Shown here: positions 1 to 8,370 of the stretch, in pieces
Layout: every line of letters starts with the position of its first letter
Position numbering within the stretch: position 1 is the stretch's first letter
Origin: Candidatus Hodarchaeota archaeon
GTDB taxonomy: Archaea; Asgardarchaeota; Heimdallarchaeia; Hodarchaeales; Hodarchaeaceae
Assembly (NCBI GenBank): GCA_029856365.1
Contig: JAHQWW010000100.1
Span: forward strand, 1 to 13,750
Length of the DNA: 13,750 nt
Reading direction: 5' to 3'
Position numbers and translations under genes: made by a program
The notes under the pieces: model-generated
Database searches by the model: none
Seen by the model: only the letters and a program-made list of their open reading frames with translations
Told to the model about the DNA's origin: nothing

Positions 1-150
1 AATTAGCACTGATAATCAATAATCTATTATAAGATTCCTTTGTTGTAAATGCTTAGATATCATAGGAAAAGCAAATAAAAATCTAAATTTTTCTAAAGAA
101 CAAAGGATGATTTAATCTGGCAATGAAGTGTAAATCAGTCGTAATAGTAC

Positions 151-168
151 ACCAAAAGCTTTATGAAT
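151..168 (+). promoter_or_regulatory. Possible archaeal BRE/TATA promoter for the 82-aa gene
   Basis: Purine-rich CAAAAG followed by TTTATGAA (160-167), about 50 bp upstream of ATG 219. Weak, because the region is AT-rich. Confidence 0.3.
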
Positions 169-203
169 AGCTTTTTTGAATTAATCTGTATGTCTAGATA
201 ACA

Positions 204-209
204 AGGAGG
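204..209 (+). promoter_or_regulatory. Shine-Dalgarno site
   Basis: AGGAGG at 204-209, 9 nt before ATG 219. Confidence 0.75.
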
Positions 210-218
210 ATTTACAAT

Positions 219-467
219 ATGTCAGAGAAAATTGGGAATATTGAAAATTTCTATTCCAAAATAAGTGTTGCTGTACTGGATATTACATCTGGATCTATAT
301 CCAAGGGTGACAAGATTACTATTAAAGGAAGTACTACTGATTTTGAAATGACAGTCGAATCAATGCAAATTGATCGTGTAGATATTGACTCAGCGTCTGC
401 AGGCCAAAAAATCGGTCTTAAAGTTCCAGAGCGTGTTAGACCTGGTGATGAGGCCTTCAAGATCTAG
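219..467 (+). CDS. Small translation elongation factor-like protein (stand-alone EF-Tu/SelB domain II-type beta-barrel, also resembling the U32 peptidase C-terminal domain)
   Basis: 82 aa with strong SD. Pattern IG.I.NFYSKISVA...I.KGD.I.IKG.TTDF...VESMQID...I..A.AGQ.IGLKV..RVR.GD matches this small family. Confidence 0.8.
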   Translation: MSEKIGNIENFYSKISVAVLDITSGSISKGDKITIKGSTTDFEMTVESMQIDRVDIDSASAGQKIGLKVPERVRPGDEAFKI

Positions 468-492
468 AGTTTTTTCATTTTTTACAATTTTG
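468..492 (+). terminator. Archaeal-type oligo-T terminator candidate between convergent genes
   Basis: AGTTTTTTCATTTTTACAATTTTG immediately follows the TAG stop at 467. Confidence 0.45.
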
Positions 493-518
493 TTGACAAT
501 CAGGAATTAGATTATCAG

Positions 519-2015
519 TCAAGAGAAATCCATGATATTACTACAAAAATCTAATATTTCATCTTTTATTTTATCTGAAATTTTGTATAGGTCAAAAATT
601 ATCTCATCAACTTTTTCAGCTTTACTAGAAAAGTCATAATTTTGATGTTTCATAAGATATAACACTATTTCTTTCACAATTGTAACTATTTCCGTTTTTT
701 GGTCCATAGAAGGGTAGATAAAGGGAATTTCTTTAAGAAAACTAGTAGCGATAATATTTGAGCGGTGGATCACTTTTCGAGTTAGATACTGGACAAGTTT
801 ACTATTCAAAAACCCTAAAGAATAGAATATATCTTCGTCATTATCAAAAAAGAAGTTCGCATTTACTCCGAATAAATTTCCTGGGGGCATATATGCAGCT
901 GAAAACTTTCTTCCAACGCTGCTACAAGTGATCCCTTCTCTGAAATAGAATTGTTCATTCCTAACAAGAAAATTCTTAGGGTCGTTTTTAGCGTTCTTCT
1001 GATAATCTTTTTCTATGAAAAATGGTGTTTTATAGAAATAAGGAGTTCGTTGTCCAGATTTGTAAAACCCTACCCATGCGGAATCGTTTTGAACTTCTTC
1101 CGCTAGTCGTAGGTATTTTCCATCGTTACCAGTTGAGATACCCGTACCACCTTTTGTAATATCTCCAAATCTAGCAGGTGGGTTTTGGATCAAGCGAATA
1201 ATCGATTTTGGAACCCCTACAAAGAATTTAAGGTCTGGCATTTTACGATATTCGATTTGTGGTACAAGTTGAATTTTTGGAGGATTTTTGTATTCTTTTT
1301 CATTGCTTAAACGATCAATAAGACGCATCTGATGTTTTCTGTCCTCTATAAGTTGTTTACTCTCCCAAAAGCTACTGGTGTGTTTTTTTTCCAACAGAAT
1401 TATAGCAGTTCTGACATCAGCATCACTACGATGAAATAATCGCCAAGGAGCTAGCTTTATTTCCACAATTTTACAGCTGTTTAGAAGGAATTCTCTAAAA
1501 CGATAATAATATCTATTTGTAAAAAAAGTATCTTGGATAATGAAACAAAGAATCCCCCTATTCTTCAAATGTTGTATTGCATTTACCACGAAAAGAGAAT
1601 AGAGATTGTATAAACCAATAAACCCATATTTCTTTTCAAGTTCTTTCCTATGTTTTTTCATATAATAGCTTTCTCTACGACTTTTATATGGTGGATTACC
1701 AAGAATGATATCTTTTAATGGATAATCATTAAGTAATGTGTCAGTACATTTTGCATGAACACCCATTAAGTGTAATTTCTGAATCTTTTCTACATCAATA
1801 TCGTGAGCGGTAATTTGAGAGGGGTTTACTCCTCTATCAATGAGTGCTTGGATAAATACAGCATCTCCTACACTTGGATCGAGGATTTTTGATTTTTCTG
1901 TTATAAAAGGATGAACTAACTCTGCCATATGGCACGCTGTTGCATAAGGAGTTTTATAAACTCCTTTTTGTCTCTTTAAAGAGAATTTTCTACTTTGTTT
2001 AGATATTCTTGGCAT
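519..2015 (-). CDS. N6-adenine DNA methyltransferase, gamma class (Eco57I/TaqI-like), with a PglX-like C-terminal target recognition region
   Basis: Motif X GVYKTP, motif I-like ILDPSVGDAVF, motif II DID, motif IV ILGNPPY, NLYSLF, LKNRGILCFI. C-terminal GISTGND..YLR / RNEQFYFREGITCS / LGFLNS pattern. Confidence 0.88.
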   Translation of the reverse strand: MPRISKQSRKFSLKRQKGVYKTPYATACHMAELVHPFITEKSKILDPSVGDAVFIQALIDRGVNPSQITAHDIDVEKIQKLHLMGVHAKCTDTLLNDYPLKDIILGNPPYKSRRESYYMKKHRKELEKKYGFIGLYNLYSLFVVNAIQHLKNRGILCFIIQDTFFTNRYYYRFREFLLNSCKIVEIKLAPWRLFHRSDADVRTAIILLEKKHTSSFWESKQLIEDRKHQMRLIDRLSNEKEYKNPPKIQLVPQIEYRKMPDLKFFVGVPKSIIRLIQNPPARFGDITKGGTGISTGNDGKYLRLAEEVQNDSAWVGFYKSGQRTPYFYKTPFFIEKDYQKNAKNDPKNFLVRNEQFYFREGITCSSVGRKFSAAYMPPGNLFGVNANFFFDNDEDIFYSLGFLNSKLVQYLTRKVIHRSNIIATSFLKEIPFIYPSMDQKTEIVTIVKEIVLYLMKHQNYDFSSKAEKVDEIIFDLYKISDKIKDEILDFCSNIMDFS

Positions 2016-4533
2016 CCCCTAAATTTTCAATGTAAGGGTGAGTAAATTCGTTCTTTAGTGTTTCTATCTGGTCGTCTAAACCATATAATTGATAGACATA
2101 CATATCAATGGTTTTTATAATTCCCTGAATATTATCATTAATCTTGAAAAATCCCCTTCTACCATATTTCAATAATTGTTGGTGTTGTTTAGGAGTGAAT
2201 TTACTTGATTCTAGCAGATTACATATATTCTTTGTGTGTTCTGTAATTTTTTTGACAAGAAAATTTTCTTCCTTAGTTGTAGGTACTTTTATTGGTATGT
2301 TTGAAATTGTTTTAGGATAAAGCTCAATCTTTTGAGCATCTATTTTCTTGGCAACTATATATAAATAGAATTCTATCAATTCTGAGTTTAAGACTCCTAA
2401 AATATAGTATATATTCAATGATTTTTTCATGGCGATTGATGTACAATCGATCGAACTATATCTTTGCCTCTTATCAATAGCAAATCTTGGAACACGAGCA
2501 CGATAAGGACACATTATTTTCAGCTTAGCTTTAAAAAGATGTAGATTTCGCACCTGAGCAATTTCATACCATTTTGCTAAATTTTTTCTAACCTCATATC
2601 GACTCGTTAGAATTTCTTTAAAATGCTCTAAATATTGTTTTGTGAATGGAAATTCATCAATATTTATGCCTCGTTTAGTTAGTATAACATATTTTCTATC
2701 CCCAATGATAATATAAGGTAGGATATTAGGAGTTTTCACAATTTCTTCTACTATCTCTGTTTCTAAGGGAAATCGATCAATAATCCCTTTGTTTTCAATT
2801 AAAGCGTTGATTTCTCCATTCTGCTTAATTATACTTGGAGAGAAAACCTTGTCTTTCCCCGAATGATAACCTGTTCCAATATTACAAACTTGCTCTAAAG
2901 GAACACATTGACTTTCTATCCTTTTTATCAAGTTTCTTAATGTTTTAGAGGCGAAAAGAAATTTACTATTGAGGGTTTCAGTCCGACTAATTGTGAAATG
3001 TTGGAAGATACGACTTGATTTAAGAGAAAGATTCTTTATACTTGCCTGTAATTCTTGTAGAAGCGTTCGTGGAGATAAGTTATGATTTTTCAATACCAAA
3101 ATTTGACTTTGATGATTATAAGCTGAATTTTTAGTCAGAAAGAGAACTGCAGTATTGATTCCCTTTGAAAATATCTTAAAATCGCGAAAATCGATAATAG
3201 CATCAACATATCCAGATCCAATGAGCTCAGATCTTAATTTTTCTGCATAACGTGCTTCTAAAAAATATCTGGTAACAACTAAGACACTGCTGCCATTTGG
3301 AGCTAGCAATTGTTTAGCTCTCCAGATAAAGTAATAATAATAATCATTTAATCCTGTATAGATCTTAGAGTAAAGGTGTTTTAGAGTACGCTTTACTGTT
3401 TTATCAATGAATCGATATCCGATGTAAGGAGGATTTCCGAAGATTATGTCAAATCCAGACGTCTTGGATTTATTAAAGATTTTAGGAAATTCTAAAAACC
3501 AATGGAAAATGTTCTGATTGTTTAAAAATATTGGATTATTAATTTCATTGTCGTTTATACCATATATTAAGAGTTGATTGTAATCAACCATTCTATGAAT
3601 CCTTGGATCTGCAATGAATCCTATTAAAAAATTCCCAGTTTTCAAGTTAACGTTGTCTATGAGTTCTAGTAAATCCTCAACCTGTATGGAGGGGGCCTTC
3701 TCAAAAATTTGCAGGATTAGTCGAACTTTACACATAACAAGGGCATTTTCATCAATATCCACCCCATATAAATTATATAAACATATTCTCTTCAAAACTA
3801 AATATGAATTCCCATCCAATAACCCAAGTCGATTATTTAATGTTAATAAATAATTGAAAGCTGCTAAATACAAAGTTCCACACCCAACAGAGATATCTAA
3901 TGCCCGTATTTTTAAAATAATATTATTGAGTCTCCTTTTTTTGTCTCGTTTTAGGAGATCAAGATCATTCATTGAGAAATTTGGTGAATTAAGAAATCTT
4001 GCCAAGTGTCGTTGAAAACAAGATTGTACCATCCAATATGCAAAAGGATAAGGGGTGAAAACAACCCCATGTTTTTTTGGATTTTCTGAATGATAAATTA
4101 ATTCGAAAATTTCTGGTGTTACAGAGTTCTTCTTACTTTTATTGTTTAGATTTTGGCTTAATTCCCATGAAAAGGATTCGATGAATTTTTTTAATACATT
4201 ATTAATAATTTCCTCTTCTTTTTTTTCCAAAGATTCAATTATCTTCAATTCTAAAGGGAAATAAATATCAGCAATTCTCTTAAAAGGCGCCAAGTCATTT
4301 AATGAGAATAAAGGATTCATTATACTAGTTACTTCCCTCTCTATTGTTCTTGAAGGAGATCTTTGGGATACAATGGTGAGATAAAAAGCCAAAAAAACCG
4401 TTCTTTTCATTAAATCTTGACAGAATAAAAAATCCTTTTGATCATTCTCATTTTTCCCTTTAAACAGCATCTGTAACTTCTTAAACGTAATTTTATACTG
4501 ATTAATGAAGGAATTCAATGAGTAGTTCCTCAA
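1999..4533 (-). CDS. Eco57I/type IIG-like N6-adenine DNA methyltransferase with TaqI-like C-terminal specificity domain; no recognisable endonuclease domain
   Basis: TTG start, with an in-frame TGA at 4552-4554 just upstream. HGVVFTP (X), ALDISVGCGT (I), NLYGVDID (II), FHWFLEFPKIF...GFDIIFGNPPY (IV), IIDFRDFKIF, and YILGVLNS in the TRD. Overlaps the next gene by 17 bp. Confidence 0.88.
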   Translation of the reverse strand: MRNYSLNSFINQYKITFKKLQMLFKGKNENDQKDFLFCQDLMKRTVFLAFYLTIVSQRSPSRTIEREVTSIMNPLFSLNDLAPFKRIADIYFPLELKIIESLEKKEEEIINNVLKKFIESFSWELSQNLNNKSKKNSVTPEIFELIYHSENPKKHGVVFTPYPFAYWMVQSCFQRHLARFLNSPNFSMNDLDLLKRDKKRRLNNIILKIRALDISVGCGTLYLAAFNYLLTLNNRLGLLDGNSYLVLKRICLYNLYGVDIDENALVMCKVRLILQIFEKAPSIQVEDLLELIDNVNLKTGNFLIGFIADPRIHRMVDYNQLLIYGINDNEINNPIFLNNQNIFHWFLEFPKIFNKSKTSGFDIIFGNPPYIGYRFIDKTVKRTLKHLYSKIYTGLNDYYYYFIWRAKQLLAPNGSSVLVVTRYFLEARYAEKLRSELIGSGYVDAIIDFRDFKIFSKGINTAVLFLTKNSAYNHQSQILVLKNHNLSPRTLLQELQASIKNLSLKSSRIFQHFTISRTETLNSKFLFASKTLRNLIKRIESQCVPLEQVCNIGTGYHSGKDKVFSPSIIKQNGEINALIENKGIIDRFPLETEIVEEIVKTPNILPYIIIGDRKYVILTKRGINIDEFPFTKQYLEHFKEILTSRYEVRKNLAKWYEIAQVRNLHLFKAKLKIMCPYRARVPRFAIDKRQRYSSIDCTSIAMKKSLNIYYILGVLNSELIEFYLYIVAKKIDAQKIELYPKTISNIPIKVPTTKEENFLVKKITEHTKNICNLLESSKFTPKQHQQLLKYGRRGFFKINDNIQGIIKTIDMYVYQLYGLDDQIETLKNEFTHPYIENLGDAKNI

Positions 4534-4900
4534 ATTACTAGATAAATTGATTCATAAACACTGAATGGTTTTATAAAAAGAGTACTCAACAGTTTCAATT
4601 CTGCCATTAATCGAATTTGTTTATAATAACTTCAATAAATCTATAACACATTATAAGTTGATCGGATAAATTTTTAATTGGAATCTTCTTTGTTTACTTT
4701 AAAAGGAAATAAAAGGAATCTGCTAAATATATAATTAGTCTTTAAACAAAGAAAACAAAAGAACCAAATATTTCCTTTTAACGTTCATAATAAAGCTATT
4801 TACAAACAATAAAGAACTAGGCTTTCTTTACTTTGTGAAATAATACAAAAAGTTCTGGTGTGTACTTTCTCAATAAACAATTGAATGATGGTAATGACTC
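4534..4900. promoter_or_regulatory. Divergent promoter region between the MTase pair and the REC-PAS gene
   Basis: 367-bp very AT-rich non-coding gap between head-to-head genes, with TATA-like boxes (TTTTATAAAA near 4569-4578, TATATAA 4728-4734) and inverted repeats. Confidence 0.5.
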
Positions 4901-7315
4901 ATGGCAACAGGACCACATGTCTCGAAACCCTTGCGAAAAGCTAAAATTCTAGCTATTGATGATGATGAATGGTTCATTCGACTTATTATTAAAAAATTCC
5001 AAGATGTAGATCCAGGGTTTAAGATCATTCCAGCATACTCAGCAAATGAGGCAATAGAAAAATTAGGGGATGAAAAGTTTGATTGCATCCTATGTGACCA
5101 TAAATTGCCAGGAACTATCCAAGTTAGTGGGAAGGTTTTCCCTTCTGATGGAATTAATTTGATGAGAAAGTTTACAGCCATGGATATTGATACTCCAGTT
5201 ATCTTTGTAACTGGACAAGGATCCGAAGAAATTGCATCTGAGGCATTACAGTTAGGTGCGAGTGGATATTTCATTAAAAGAGTTCAGCCTGGTTATTTCA
5301 GCCTTATGGCGACATCTATCCGCCAAACGATTGATAGATATTGGCTTCAGAAAGAACTACAAAAATCAGAATCGCGTTATCGTGATTTGTTTGAGAATTC
5401 TGCAGGATTAATCTTTATCTTTGACTCTGAAGGAAAATTGCTAGAAACAAACAGAAATTTCCTCTCCATTTATGGATATTCATTTGATGAAAGCCAAGTC
5501 CTTAATATAGAGAAAATGGCTTATCAGGAAGATCTTGGAAAATGGCAGGAAATGCTTAATTCTATTTGTAAAGGTAATACAGAAAGTCGTATGCTGCGAT
5601 CGGTGACGAAGTATGAACAAATTCTGCATCTAGATATTACAGCTAGACCAATCTATGGAAAGAAAACTCAAACAGTCACTGGGATACAAGCAATCGCTCG
5701 AGATATAACACAACAGGTAAAAACTCAACAAGCTCTTATCGACTCTGAAGAGAAACATCGAAAGATTGTTGAGGGATCCATTGAAGGTATCATCATAATG
5801 GATCAGGAGGGAACGATTCTTGATTGGAATCCTGCTGCTACAATAATCACAGGATTTTCCGCAGAGGATACCTTGGGTCAGTCAATTTGGATGATTATTA
5901 AACAACTAGAACCGTTAGAGATTAGTACAGTCTCTGAGGAGGAGGATAGTTATTCAAAAATACTTGAAGAGTTCAAGAGTTTTATGATTCCAGATAAAAT
6001 TCTAAAAACTCCAAAATTTCTTGAATATAGCATTAAAAATGTAAAGGACAGTTCAAAACGTATTCTAGAAGTCACTTTATTCATCATCGAGCACTCAAAG
6101 GGTTATCGTATCGCTAAAGTAATGCGTGATGTTACTGCAAAAAAGATGGCAGAAGAAGAAACCAAATCTTATGTACAGCGTTTTCAGACTCTCATTGAAC
6201 AAGCAGCTCTCGGTGTCTGGATTACAGAAATTGAGGATGAAAAAACAATCTATGTGAATGATAGTGTTGCTCAAATGTTGGGTTACAGTCCCCATGAAAT
6301 GATAGGAGTTTCAGTATTAGACTTTGTTACACCTAGTAGTGCCGAACTATTGACAAATATAACCAAACAACGCCTTAAAGGGGAATTAATTGATGATGTT
6401 TACGAATTAACATTTTATCATCGATCTGGGAAAAAAATTTCGACTCGTGTGAATGCAGCTGCGATTAGAGACGAGAAAGGTAACATTCTAGAAACATATG
6501 GCTTTATTCGAGATATTACTCAAGAAAGGCAACGTGAGAAGGAGTTACAGACCACAAAGGAGTTTCTCGAATCAATTATTGATTCTATGTCTGATGGTTT
6601 ATACACTTATGACCGAAATTATAAAATAACATCAGCTAATCCCAGATTAAAGGAAATACTTGGCTACAAGAAACACCCACTTATTGGAAAAAGCATTTTG
6701 GATATTTTTCCATCGTATGAACATTCTCGTGTGAAAGAACTGACTCAAGAAAGGATGATTGGAAAGAAAAGTGATAGATATCTTTTATTAACCTATATAA
6801 CAGCCCAAGGTGATGAAATAAAAGCTTCAGTCTCTTCTGTTCCCCTTATAGCAGATGATAAAGTTGTGGGAGCCGTAGTTACTGTCTCAGATATCACAGA
6901 ACAAAGACGAATTGAAAAATACCTCAGAGAAGTAACTAAAGAATATGAAACTTTAGTTGTTAATCTACCTCTTGGATGGCTAAAGATTGATAATATGGGC
7001 CGTGTAATTGCTTATAATAAAAGTGCTCAAAAATTATTGGAGTTTACTGAAATTTTGGATTTAGAAACAGTGAATATTCTTGATTTCTATCCTTTTCAAA
7101 AAGCAGGATTAGCAACTCAATTTCGAGATTTAATCTATCAAAAAGAAGTTGAAAAAAAATCTTTTGATGCAATTTTAGAAGATAATCAGGGAGTACATCA
7201 TCATCTTAGATTTTATTCTTTCCCAATTTACCATGAAGTAGAGCCTAGGATTTCCGCTTGGTTTTTAATTGTTGAGAGGATTAAAAAAGAATATCCTTCA
7301 GATTTAAATTTGTAG
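4901..7315 (+). CDS. Response-regulator receiver domain followed by five PAS/PAC domains; no kinase or output domain
   Basis: REC: ILAIDDD, phosphoacceptor D66 (ILCDHKLPG), T104 (FVTGQG), K126. PAS domains start at YRDLFENS, HRKIVEGS, FQTLIEQA, LESIIDSM and YETLVVNL. The first four end in RDIT/RDVT/RDIT/SDIT. The protein stops right after the fifth PAS. Confidence 0.9.
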   Translation: MATGPHVSKPLRKAKILAIDDDEWFIRLIIKKFQDVDPGFKIIPAYSANEAIEKLGDEKFDCILCDHKLPGTIQVSGKVFPSDGINLMRKFTAMDIDTPVIFVTGQGSEEIASEALQLGASGYFIKRVQPGYFSLMATSIRQTIDRYWLQKELQKSESRYRDLFENSAGLIFIFDSEGKLLETNRNFLSIYGYSFDESQVLNIEKMAYQEDLGKWQEMLNSICKGNTESRMLRSVTKYEQILHLDITARPIYGKKTQTVTGIQAIARDITQQVKTQQALIDSEEKHRKIVEGSIEGIIIMDQEGTILDWNPAATIITGFSAEDTLGQSIWMIIKQLEPLEISTVSEEEDSYSKILEEFKSFMIPDKILKTPKFLEYSIKNVKDSSKRILEVTLFIIEHSKGYRIAKVMRDVTAKKMAEEETKSYVQRFQTLIEQAALGVWITEIEDEKTIYVNDSVAQMLGYSPHEMIGVSVLDFVTPSSAELLTNITKQRLKGELIDDVYELTFYHRSGKKISTRVNAAAIRDEKGNILETYGFIRDITQERQREKELQTTKEFLESIIDSMSDGLYTYDRNYKITSANPRLKEILGYKKHPLIGKSILDIFPSYEHSRVKELTQERMIGKKSDRYLLLTYITAQGDEIKASVSSVPLIADDKVVGAVVTVSDITEQRRIEKYLREVTKEYETLVVNLPLGWLKIDNMGRVIAYNKSAQKLLEFTEILDLETVNILDFYPFQKAGLATQFRDLIYQKEVEKKSFDAILEDNQGVHHHLRFYSFPIYHEVEPRISAWFLIVERIKKEYPSDLNL

Positions 7316-8314
7316 ATGAATGACACAACCTTTTTCGATACTTCTCCGTGCAGCTTCCACAATCTTTAATACATTTATCCCATCATCGATAGATACGGTG
7401 GGATTTGCTTTTTCTCGGATGCAGTCCACAAAATTCCATATCTCTTGAAGAAGGGGTTCACCATAGACTTTTATCTGCTCCCCATTTGAAAAAGGAATAC
7501 TAATTGCAGAAACATCTTTTTCTCCCCGTGCAATCTCAAGACTTCGTAATTCTAAGATTTGGGTCAGTAAATTCGCACAGAGGGTGGCTTCTGTCCCTTC
7601 AATATCGATAGTTCGTAATTTCCCTGCATATTCGCGGCTCATGAGGAATGTAGCATTAAATTCTTTCTCTTCGGAAGAAATGACAATGACACTTGAATTA
7701 GCAACACCATTCAGTGTGTTTGCAGTGGAGAAAAGTTTTATTTTCCCCTTAAAAAATAGCCTTAAGGCAATATCAAAATCATGAACCCCTATATCTTCAT
7801 AAACATCTCCAATTGACTCAATCCTAGTCTCCGCTACAGCTCCACGTCTTTGAAAGAGAACCGAACGTGGATTTCCGATTAGATTCCTCCTATTGACAAT
7901 TTCACTTATCCTTGTAACAACAGGATTATAAACCTCGATATGACCTACAATAACTTTGACATTGCAATTAAGTAGTATAGATTTCAAATCAAGTGCTTCG
8001 TTTACGGATTGTGCAATAGGTTTTTCTATTAGTAAAGCTTTTAGATCCGAAATTCGCCTAATCACTTCAGTTGCAACACTAGGATGAGTTTCAGTTGGAA
8101 CCGCAATAATTACACCATTTGGTGATTGTTCTTTTACCATATCCTTTATACTTGAATACCAAGGTCTTTCAAACTGTTGTCCAACTGCTTTAGCGATTTC
8201 AGGATTAGAATCAACAACGGAGTCTAAATAACCAAGACGTGATAGTAAACGGGCGTGAAAGAATCCCATTTTACCAGTACCAAGCACTGATATTCTTATT
8301 TGATCTTCTGACAT
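7304..8314 (-). CDS. Gfo/Idh/MocA family NAD(P)-dependent oxidoreductase (resembles nucleotide-sugar 3-dehydrogenases)
   Basis: Rossmann motif VLGTGKMG, IAVPTETH, EKP, GHIEVYNP (cf. GHIERFNP), DIGVHDFD. 3' end overlaps the convergent REC-PAS gene by 12 bp. Confidence 0.9.
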   Translation of the reverse strand: MSEDQIRISVLGTGKMGFFHARLLSRLGYLDSVVDSNPEIAKAVGQQFERPWYSSIKDMVKEQSPNGVIIAVPTETHPSVATEVIRRISDLKALLIEKPIAQSVNEALDLKSILLNCNVKVIVGHIEVYNPVVTRISEIVNRRNLIGNPRSVLFQRRGAVAETRIESIGDVYEDIGVHDFDIALRLFFKGKIKLFSTANTLNGVANSSVIVISSEEKEFNATFLMSREYAGKLRTIDIEGTEATLCANLLTQILELRSLEIARGEKDVSAISIPFSNGEQIKVYGEPLLQEIWNFVDCIREKANPTVSIDDGINVLKIVEAARRSIEKGCVIHLQI

Positions 8315-8370
8315 TTTACTAAACCTTTGTCATGATGCTTATTCAAGATTCATCGTTATCGCTTAATAGG

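Noticed and set aside
1-218. Possible gene end or small ORF at the left edge
   Set aside because: All frames examined close within a few codons; nothing recognisable.
251-460. 69-aa minus-strand ORF
   Set aside because: Antisense shadow of the SD-supported 82-aa gene.
1383-1390. A8 tract in the small MTase (and A9 at 10110-10118 in the hydrolase) as phase-variation sites
   Set aside because: Both genes are in frame, and such Lys-codon runs are expected in AT-rich DNA.
3614-3853. 79-aa plus-strand ORF
   Set aside because: Antisense within the MTase core; no motifs.
519-4533. Complete BREX, DISARM or type IIG restriction system
   Set aside because: No PglZ, ATPase, helicase or nuclease gene is visible in the window.
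4870-5274. 134-aa minus-strand ORF
   Set aside because: Antisense shadow of the receiver domain.
6095-6295. 66-aa minus-strand ORF
   Set aside because: Antisense to the PAS region; no supporting signals.
7584-7784. 66-aa plus-strand ORF
   Set aside because: Antisense to the oxidoreductase.
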